The notes under the pieces: generated by a model
The model's input: only the letters and a program-made list of their open reading frames with translations
Databases searched by the model: none
What the model was told of the DNA's origin: nothing
Source: Planctomycetota bacterium
GTDB taxonomy: Bacteria > Planctomycetota > SZUA-567 > H5-PLA8
Reading direction: 5' to 3'
DNA length: 12,139 nt
NCBI GenBank assembly: GCA_045863855.1
Contig: BTVV01000162.1
Coordinates: forward strand, 1-12,139
Shown here: positions 1-6,449 of the stretch, piece by piece
Position numbering within the stretch: position 1 is the stretch's first letter
Layout of the letters: every line of letters begins with the position of its first letter
Position numbers and translations under genes: made by a program

Positions 1-2944
1 TCTGGTAAAGGTCACCTTTCGTCGGTACGCTCAAAATGCTTGCCGTCAGATCATCGTGATTCGCATCCGTGCCTTTGAGCGTTAGAACGTAGTCTACCGT
101 ATCGGTAGTCGTTACCTCATTAGGTGTTGCCACGGGTGCAGCATTCGCTATTTCGAATGTCACTTCGAAATCCCCACCGGGCGTACCGTCGCCCGAGGGG
201 AACCCGCCGCCAAGGCCCGGGTATTCGCCATCCAGATCGTTGCCGGCCGCATCGGCGATTCCTCCGGAGGAAAGCTTCAAGCGATAGAGATCCGCGGGCA
301 TAGGTGCTGAACCAAAGGAGAGTTGGAATCGGTTCGGCGGGTAGGCCATGACCGAATCCAAGGCCAACTCGACTTCGTTTCCGTCTCCGAACGTACCGTC
401 GCCGCCACTCCTCAATAGTTCCACCGTGCCCGCGTTCAGGGTGGCTGGCGCAATGACTTCGTTAAACTGAACTTCAATTGGCTCAGGCGACACGCCTGAT
501 GCGCCGGGGAGCGGCGACAGTCCAGTGACGGCAGGCGGAGTGGTATCCACGCCCAAAGAACTGGTCTTGATGTCAAAATCAGTCCAAACCACGCGCCAAT
601 GATTGGGACCGTGCACGCCCAATTCTCCCGGTCCAAAGCCTCCAGTGGCTAGCGTGGCCGGCGCCGACCACGTAGCTCCGTCGTCGCTGCTCAGCGCGTA
701 CCACAGCGCCGAAGGACTGGCTTGCCGCCAGACGCACAGCCAGTTTCCATGCCCGTCTGCGATCACGCGTGGAGGCTGGAAGGATTGAGGATTCGGCGGG
801 CTGCCCGGGTAGATCGAAGCCGGCTCAGACCATGTGTCGCCATCGTCCGTGCTGCGGCTGAAAAAAAGATCCGGTGAATTCGTTCGCCAGACGGACACCC
901 AGATGCCTTGGCCGTCCGAAGCTATTTGAGGCAACTGCCCGGTGGCGGAAGCGTGAAGCGCGGCAGGCGTGGACCACGTATCGCCGCTGTCCGCGCTCTT
1001 GGCCATGTAAATGGGATTACCCGTGCCGCTGGCGCCCCGCTCCCAGACGGCAATCCAGACGTCGTTGCCGCCGGCCGCAAGTTCTTGGTAGGTGTCGTGA
1101 ATGGCTGCGGTCTCAGCGTTTAAATTCGCTTCGGTCGTCCAAGTGGCGCCATTATCCGTACTCTTGCGATATCGAATGTTTCGGGTGGGACCCCAACTCC
1201 AGGACGCGATCCAGGTGCCTTCGCGGTCGGTAGCCAGCGACAAAAGTAGGGAATTCCCGAAGCTGCCACGATCATAGAGCAACTGAGGTGAAGACCACGT
1301 AAGGCCGTTATCGAGACTATATGCAGACTCGCCCTGGAGGTCGTTGATGCGCCATATGGCCACCCATGCTCCATTTCCGCCTGCGGCGATCTTGGAGTCA
1401 ATATGCCCGCGTCCATAGCGGTCGGGGTCGTTGTTCAAAATGCGTGTGGGTTGCCAGGTATCGGCATCGTCCACGCTGCGTCCAAAAAGTATGTCCACGG
1501 CGCCTGCCGGCGAATCATCCAGTCCATGCCACGAGCAAATCCAAGTGCCTTGTCCGTCATGAGCTAGGGAAGCGCCGGCATCCCCCATGTTCTTGGGTGT
1601 ACTTAAGGTGAAAGCCTTCGCATAGGACCAGGATTCGCCCTCATCCAGGCTCCGGCAGTAGTTCGCCAGACCGGCTTCGCGGGTCGAATTAAACGCCGTG
1701 ATCCAGGTGCCCGCACCATTGCTGTACACAAATGGAGCTTGAGCCGAATAAGAAACGGACGCCTGCTGCATTTTGAAGGCGTCGCCCCAAGTCATACCGT
1801 TATCAGAACTGCGTTGGTAAACGGGAGTGATAGAGACAAAACTCGCTTTATGCACCGAAACCCAGTTGCCCAAACCGTCAGAAGCCAAGTACGGTTCCCT
1901 AGGTGTTGAATAGGTAAATCCAATAACGGGCGGAAGCATGTCGGACGGATCCGACCACGTGTCTCCGTCATCGGCACTACGCACAAACGGAAAACGATCG
2001 TTCGACTCCCACACTACCAGCCACACGTCGTCCCCGTCTGTAGCCACGCAAGGGGTCGTATCGCCTACGACGTCGCTGGTAGCCGTCGAGTGGACCGCTT
2101 GCGGGGTGCTCCACGTGGCGCCGTGGTCCGTGCTCTTGGCAAACAAGACATCCCCATCGGTTCCTACCGTCCCGCCGAGTGAATCGTTGGACTGCCAGAC
2201 CGCGATCCACGTGCCGTCGGCATCCGTCGCTAGGCTGGGTTTCTGGTCGTTTCCGCCGTCGGCGCCGGCGTTTCCGTTCAGCGCTGCGGGCGCGGACCAA
2301 GCAGCGCCGCCGTCCGCACTGCGGACGTACAGCACATCGTAATCGGCACCGATTGTTCCCCCCAAGTCGCCGTTGGAGTGCCACACCACCACCCAGCGGC
2401 CGGCCGCATCGGTGGCTAATTCGGGCTCTTCGTCGTCGCCGCTATCGCTTGCTGCATTGGAGTGAATGGCCTGAGGCGCGGACCACGTGGCTCCGTCGTC
2501 CGAACTGACCGCATACAGTACGTCCCAGTCGGTCCCTATGGTTCCGCTCAAGTCGTCCTTGCTTTGCCAGACGACTATCCATTGCCCGCCACCGCCGTAC
2601 GCGATACGCGGATGCTGATCTTCCCCGCTGTCACCGTCAGCGTTGGTGTTAAGGGGTGCCGGATCCGACCACGTCTGACCGTCGTCCGTGCTCTTCAGAA
2701 CCAGGATGTCGTAGTCCGTGCCCAGCGTTCCATCCAAGGGATGATCGCATGCATACACGGCCAGCCACGTGCCTGCTCCGTCGGTGGCGAGGTACGGCTT
2801 AAACCCGCTGGGAGTGGCAGCCGCGCTGCCCTGGATATTGACCTGCTCGGGCGTGGTCCAACTCTCCGCCAGGCATGCACCAGGCAAGGTGAGTAAGCAG
2901 ATCAGGTACCAGGAAGAAAACCGCACCGACCAGCCCTTTCGCAC
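1..2944 (-). CDS. Large secreted Asp-box (BNR) repeat beta-propeller protein (sialidase-like fold) with Big_5-like Ig domain and cadherin-like/tandem-95-like repeat; 3' end lies beyond the window
   Basis: Manual translation shows one minus-strand frame open from 2986 to the window edge (upstream in-frame TAG at 2987-2989). Likely start GTG at 2944 (GGTGG about 8 nt upstream); alternative GTG at 2956. The N-terminus MRKGWSVRFSSWYLICLLTLPGACLA|ES looks like a Sec signal peptide. It has 13 SxDxGxTW-type motifs, then DTTPPAVTGLSPLPGASGVSPEPIEVQFNE...DLYRLKL...IADAAGNDLDGE (Ig-like, about 547-149), then NAAPVATPNEVTT...LTLKGTDANHDDLTASILSVPTKGDL. Confidence 0.88.
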   Translation of the reverse strand, partial: MRKGWSVRFSSWYLICLLTLPGACLAESWTTPEQVNIQGSAAATPSGFKPYLATDGAGTWLAVYACDHPLDGTLGTDYDILVLKSTDDGQTWSDPAPLNTNADGDSGEDQHPRIAYGGGGQWIVVWQSKDDLSGTIGTDWDVLYAVSSDDGATWSAPQAIHSNAASDSGDDEEPELATDAAGRWVVVWHSNGDLGGTIGADYDVLYVRSADGGAAWSAPAALNGNAGADGGNDQKPSLATDADGTWIAVWQSNDSLGGTVGTDGDVLFAKSTDHGATWSTPQAVHSTATSDVVGDTTPCVATDGDDVWLVVWESNDRFPFVRSADDGDTWSDPSDMLPPVIGFTYSTPREPYLASDGLGNWVSVHKASFVSITPVYQRSSDNGMTWGDAFKMQQASVSYSAQAPFVYSNGAGTWITAFNSTREAGLANYCRSLDEGESWSYAKAFTLSTPKNMGDAGASLAHDGQGTWICSWHGLDDSPAGAVDILFGRSVDDADTWQPTRILNNDPDRYGRGHIDSKIAAGGNGAWVAIWRINDLQGESAYSLDNGLTWSSPQLLYDRGSFGNSLLLSLATDREGTWIASWSWGPTRNIRYRKSTDNGATWTTEANLNAETAAIHDTYQELAAGGNDVWIAVWERGASGTGNPIYMAKSADSGDTWSTPAALHASATGQLPQIASDGQGIWVSVWRTNSPDLFFSRSTDDGDTWSEPASIYPGSPPNPQSFQPPRVIADGHGNWLCVWRQASPSALWYALSSDDGATWSAPATLATGGFGPGELGVHGPNHWRVVWTDFDIKTSSLGVDTTPPAVTGLSPLPGASGVSPEPIEVQFNEVIAPATLNAGTVELLRSGGDGTFGDGNEVELALDSVMAYPPNRFQLSFGSAPMPADLYRLKLSSGGIADAAGNDLDGEYPGLGGGFPSGDGTPGGDFEVTFEIANAAPVATPNEVTTTDTVDYVLTLKGTDANHDDLTASILSVPTKGDLYQ
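575..2870 (-). repeat. Protein-level tandem repeat array: about 14 propeller blades, 13 Asp-boxes
   Basis: Asp-box Trp codons start (plus coordinates) at 2669, 2483, 2297, 2111, 1955, 1787, 1628, 1454, 1295, 1139, 974, 830 and 668. Each unit follows roughly P-x-L-A-T-D-G-x-G-x-W-x-x-V-W ... S-x-D-x-G-x-T-W-S-x-P. Confidence 0.85.
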
Positions 2945-3052
2945 TGGATTCGCCACCAACGAATCGCTGGTAGACCCCGCTCGAAACTATTACCAAAGTC
3001 TAATGACGAACAAACCCAAAACAACCTTGAAGCCCTAAATTGAAGATCAAAC

Positions 3053-3081
3053 TTCACCATGCCAGCACACGTGCGTACTAT
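3053..3081 (+). promoter_or_regulatory. Possible sigma70-type promoter (TTCACC-N17-TACTAT) in the AT-rich divergent intergenic region
   Basis: TTCACC at 3053-3058, 17-nt spacer, TACTAT at 3076-3081. Short palindromes nearby: TGAAG-N6-CTTCA (3041-3056) and ATAGCTAT (3080-3087). Consensus match only. Confidence 0.3.
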
Positions 3082-3108
3082 AGCTATTGATATGCTCTTC
3101 GCCCCAGA

Positions 3109-3249
3109 TTGGACGGGGCGCAGTCGGTCTACTTCTGGGAATCGGGCAAGACGAAGCCCCGGGCGTCACATGTGGCGGCGCTGGCGGCTTTGAGGGGATT
3201 GGGCAAGCGCGAGGCGTTGGAGCGGCTACGGGTGCTGGGAGGGATTTGA
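3109..3249 (+). pseudogene. 5'-truncated XRE-family helix-turn-helix regulator (C-terminal half only)
   Basis: Frame reads LDGAQSVYFWESGKTKPRASHVAALAALRGLGKREALERLRVLGGI*, matching the XRE/HTH_3 recognition helix 'QSVYxWExGKxxP' and the 'AALRGLGKREAxxRL' tail. Helices 1-2 are absent; there is an in-frame TGA at 3088-3090 and no ATG. Confidence 0.7.
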
Positions 3250-3250
3250 A

Positions 3251-3373
3251 ATGGCCAAGAAAGGCAAGCGCGGCCGTAAGGCGATCTTCACCGACGAACA
3301 GAAGCGCATCCTGGAGCGGCAGATCCGGGGGGCGTTGAAGGCGCAGTTGAAGCGTGTGGTGCGGGGGTTGTAG
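3251..3373 (+). CDS. 40-aa highly basic small protein (MAKKGKRGRKAIFTDEQKRILERQIRGALKAQLKRVVRGL), putative nucleic-acid binding
   Basis: GGAGG SD 8 nt before ATG 3251. The ATG follows the XRE stop by 1 nt (TGA-a-ATG). Third codon positions are strongly G/C, like a native gene. 14 K/R against 3 D/E. It is below the ORF-track length cutoff. Confidence 0.65.
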   Translation: MAKKGKRGRKAIFTDEQKRILERQIRGALKAQLKRVVRGL

Positions 3374-3517
3374 CGGAATGAACGCCCCGATCCGAAGAAC
3401 GCCGAGCGCCTCGTCGAGAACTTCCGGCGCCCATTCGGCAAGACACCCCAGCGAACGCCGAACATCCGGTGCAAACTAATTCGGGAGGAAGTTAGACCAG
3501 AATGGGGTCGGGTACAG

Positions 3518-5539
3518 TCAGCCTTTGAACGACTCGTCGACGATCATGCGGAAGTCGATGTTCGCCGGCGGCGGAAGATCGCGCTTCACGCGTTCCTTCA
3601 GCTCCGCATCGATGGGCCGGCCTTCCTGCTTCGAGAGTCTCTTCTCATGGTATTCGAACCAGATGCGCGCCAACGTGTCCTCGCCTTCGCGCATGGTCGA
3701 GAACTCGTACTTGAAGAGCGGCTCGACCGCATCGAGCTTATCCTCTAGCAGTGCGGCCTGCGCGGCGGCGATACGGACGCGTTCGTGTTCGCGCACGGCC
3801 TGTGGTAGCGCCGCGACGAACTTGCTGAGCTGCTCGAAACGGCGCGTTTGGACCATCAGTGCGGTGCATTCGACGGCCAACGGCGTGATCTTCGGCCCGG
3901 TCTCCCACGCTTTGAACAGCAAGTCGCACGCCGATTCATACTTCTTGTCGCGCCGTTCGATGATTGCGAGATTGCGCAGCGCCCAGCCGTTGGGTTTGAG
4001 CTTGTGCGATGCTTCGAACGCCTGTTTCGCGCCCGCGAGATCCTGCGACTCCATTCGCGCGATACCGAGTTGCAGTTGCGCGAGCCAATGGTTGCCCCTT
4101 GGCATCGCGACGGACTTTTCGAGCAGCGCTTTCCACTCGGGCTGGCACATCATCTGGCCAAAATCGGCGCTCGCGGCATCCCCTTCCGGGAAGACGCCGG
4201 ATTCGAGCAGATTGAGCCACGGTTTCTGGTCCCCGCCCAGCGAATCCGCGTCGAAGGCGAGTTCCGTGGGAACGTTGTCCGGCTGCTTTTGCGCCGCGGC
4301 GCGCTTGCGTTCCAGCGCGCCCCAGCCGCTGCCGCGCTGGATGATTTCCGTGCCGGGCTGTGTGCAGATCTTCGAGAACTCCAGGTGGCAGCGTTCGACT
4401 TCGGCGGCTGGAAGAATCTCTTCGAGCTTCGCATCGACGGTCTTCCATGCCTCGTTCCAGTTCTTCGAATGAACTTTCTTCGCATCGCACGTTGCAGCGC
4501 CGTATGCCTCCGTCCACGACCAGTGCTCACCTCCAGGCATGGGAATGCAGGTCGGCTGCACTTTTCCGAGGCCCGCCTGGATTTCGAGGTAGCGGCTGCC
4601 CTTCACGGCGAGGAAATCCTGCCAGTTGCGGCCACCTTCGCGCATGCCCCAGCAGAAAAGCTTGCGGCCCTGCAGACGGCTGGTGGACGCCTGGATGAAT
4701 CCGCCGCCGTCGCCACGCAAGGCCGCGATCCATTTGCGTTGCTCGGGCCGGATGCGGAAGTACGATTCGCGCGCGTTGGCCAGTTGCGTGACGTACGTCA
4801 AATCCTTCCCGCCGACCAGCGGCATCGGCAGCACTTCCAGCGGATCGTTGCCCGAATGCGTCAGGGACGTCTCGGCGGGGACGAGCACGCGCGTGTCCGG
4901 CGTCTCCGGCACGGCAATGTTCGTCCACCAGTACATGGGGATCTCGTGCTTGTGCGGATTGACGATGCGGGTGTGGGCGTAGAGAAACTTCGAGCCCAGC
5001 GGCAGGTGCAGGTCGACTTGGTACGGGAAACATTTCACGCGGTCCCACTCATAAATGCGCAGAGCGGGATGTGGCGCGTTCAACATCGCCGCAAAAACCG
5101 GCGCGCAGGTGTTGAAGTAATGCCCCAGCACGCAGGTGTTCCACTCGATGCCACCGCTGAACCAGGCATTGCGCAGCGCCAAATTCGCCGGCTGCCAGAC
5201 CTTGTTGCAGTCGAGCAGTTCACGATTGCTTCCCTTGTCGAACAACGACCAGAGCCGGCCGCCGAGTTCCGGGAGCACGACGGCTTTGATGTGCTCGTTC
5301 TCCAGCACCACCGACTTGAATGTGCGCGGCTTCTTCACGCGGTTGTAACCGTCCTGCATCCGGTACGGCAACACGCGGTACGCGGCGCGCCAGCCGATAT
5401 ACTTACGCTCGTCTTGGGGCAGGTCGCCCTTCACTCCGAGCGTGAAGTCTTCGGCAGCTTCGCGGAAATTCGGCAGCGGGTTCTCGGGGCCAAGGTCGGC
5501 GGCAAGAATCTCGTAAGGTTCAACACGCACCTCGGACAT
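3518..5539 (-). CDS. DUF5107 domain-containing protein with C-terminal TPR-like region
   Basis: 673-aa ORF with the family motif LENEHIKAVVLPELGGRLWSLFDK...QPANLALRNAWFSGGIEWN, plus YWWTNIAVPE, GRKLFCWG and YLEIQAG. TPR-like helices (LQLGIARM...AKQAFEAS...WALRNLA). Strong SD and strong GC3 bias. Confidence 0.92.
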   Translation of the reverse strand: MSEVRVEPYEILAADLGPENPLPNFREAAEDFTLGVKGDLPQDERKYIGWRAAYRVLPYRMQDGYNRVKKPRTFKSVVLENEHIKAVVLPELGGRLWSLFDKGSNRELLDCNKVWQPANLALRNAWFSGGIEWNTCVLGHYFNTCAPVFAAMLNAPHPALRIYEWDRVKCFPYQVDLHLPLGSKFLYAHTRIVNPHKHEIPMYWWTNIAVPETPDTRVLVPAETSLTHSGNDPLEVLPMPLVGGKDLTYVTQLANARESYFRIRPEQRKWIAALRGDGGGFIQASTSRLQGRKLFCWGMREGGRNWQDFLAVKGSRYLEIQAGLGKVQPTCIPMPGGEHWSWTEAYGAATCDAKKVHSKNWNEAWKTVDAKLEEILPAAEVERCHLEFSKICTQPGTEIIQRGSGWGALERKRAAAQKQPDNVPTELAFDADSLGGDQKPWLNLLESGVFPEGDAASADFGQMMCQPEWKALLEKSVAMPRGNHWLAQLQLGIARMESQDLAGAKQAFEASHKLKPNGWALRNLAIIERRDKKYESACDLLFKAWETGPKITPLAVECTALMVQTRRFEQLSKFVAALPQAVREHERVRIAAAQAALLEDKLDAVEPLFKYEFSTMREGEDTLARIWFEYHEKRLSKQEGRPIDAELKERVKRDLPPPANIDFRMIVDESFKG

Positions 5540-5544
5540 GAAGT

Positions 5545-5553
5545 CTCCTCTCC
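5545..5553 (-). promoter_or_regulatory. Ribosome-binding site of the DUF5107 gene
   Basis: Minus strand reads GGAGAGGAG-acttc-ATG. Confidence 0.75.
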
Positions 5554-5657
5554 AAAGTTGAAGGAGAGGCAGATACCAGAAAGAGGCGTGCAGCGCAACC
5601 TGCGTGTAAAGGCTACCTTGTCCCTTCCCAATCTCTGATCGTATTATCGACCCTACC

Positions 5658-5717
5658 TTACCGAATTACCGTCGCACTTCGCCTTATGCCTTCCTGCCCT
5701 CATTCGGTAATCCGTAA
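5658..5717. promoter_or_regulatory. Inverted repeat with paired TTACCG-like half-sites, candidate operator upstream of the DUF5107 gene
   Basis: TTACCGAAT (5658-5666) and ATTCGGTAA (5702-5710) form a perfect 9-bp inverted repeat. Extra half-sites: TTACCG (5666-5671) and CCGTAA (5712-5717). A -10-like GATAAT lies on the minus strand at 5643-5648. Confidence 0.35.
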
Positions 5718-5871
5718 CCCCGACCCCTCAGACCTCGCCGCCGCGCGGACGGCCGATCCTGGCGCATGAAGTGCCGCCCCGGTCTCCGCGCATCGCACCC
5801 GTTACGGCGGCTATCCCCAACCTGATCAAGCTCGACATCCGCGGCATGCGGACTGTGCGGCTGATCGCATA

Positions 5872-5923
5872 GCGCGCGAGAAGTGCTGTCGAGCTTGTTT
5901 CGGAAATATCACTTTTCGCGCGC
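5872..5923 (+). repeat. Hairpin/inverted repeat (14-bp stem, one G-U pair)
   Basis: GCGCGCGAGAAGTG (5872-5885) pairs with CACTTTTCGCGCGC (5910-5923). Confidence 0.6.
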
Positions 5924-5948
5924 CTCCGGTTCCTTGGGAGGGTTAACA

Positions 5949-6449
5949 ATGAACGGGGCAGCTTCACCTAAACGACGCTTTGTTTTGAATAACGACCGCC
6001 CAGACCCATTCCCGGCCCGCTTCGAATGCATCCAGGGCTACTGCGAACACGTGTCGTTCAGGTGCGGCCGCGTTGAGGGTGGCGTCTTGGTAGTCCGACA
6101 GGACCTTCGGCGCTCCGTGGGGGAGGCGCAAAGGAACACCTATTGCACAGTCGATCAATCCGGTTTGGGCCTGTTATTGCTCAAACAGTTGGAAAGGGAT
6201 CGGGCGCTCGCGCGTGAGAATGGATATCGGCAAGCAGAGGCCGTAGAGATTAGTGGAGTAGGAGAGCGCGCCACTAATGTCGCTCATTCTGTGGCGATCC
6301 ATCGAGCACTTCGCGTACTTTTCGTGCGAGGTCTTCCGGTAAAAAGGGTTTCTGCAGAAACGCTAAGTTGGCCGCTTCGACGCCATGGCGCAGTACAGCG
6401 TCGTTCGCGTATCCCGAAACGTACAGCACCCGCGTTTCGGGATGGGTGA
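5949..6449 (+). CDS. Doubtful hypothetical ORF or degenerate GNAT-like remnant; 3' part overlaps the kinase gene antisense
   Basis: GGGAGGG-ttaaca-ATG at 5949. The segment DQSGLGLLLLKQLERDRALARENGYRQAEAVE resembles GNAT motif A. The last 176 nt overlap the kinase on the opposite strand, and codon bias is weak. Confidence 0.25.
   Translation: MNGAASPKRRFVLNNDRPDPFPARFECIQGYCEHVSFRCGRVEGGVLVVRQDLRRSVGEAQRNTYCTVDQSGLGLLLLKQLERDRALARENGYRQAEAVEISGVGERATNVAHSVAIHRALRVLFVRGLPVKRVSAETLSWPLRRHGAVQRRSRIPKRTAPAFRDG

Noticed and set aside
436..3038. Many short ORF-track entries on both strands
   Set aside because: All overlap the long Asp-box frame, which has coherent repeats and a signal peptide.
3087..3474. 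ORF-track entries 3087-3338 (+) and 3226-3474 (-)
   Set aside because: The XRE remnant and the 40-aa SD-led ORF in other frames explain this DNA better.
3378..3479. 33-aa plus-strand ORF MNAPIRRTPS... and recurring GAACGCC motifs
   Set aside because: No clear SD, low-information sequence, and the repeats are short and irregularly spaced, so not a CRISPR or iteron array.
3848..5638. 596-aa plus-strand ORF (and the 315-aa ORF at 3525-4472)
   Set aside because: Antisense shadows of the DUF5107 gene, expected with strong GC3 bias; no recognisable motifs.
5711..5872. Plus-strand frame ending PNLIKLDIRGMRTVRLIA*, faintly like the end of an NPCBM beta-sandwich domain
   Set aside because: Too short, no credible start, and the similarity is not convincing by eye.
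6249..6278. Hairpin at the kinase stop as an intrinsic terminator
   Set aside because: 8-bp AT-rich stem, 14-nt loop, overlaps the stop codon and has no U-tract.
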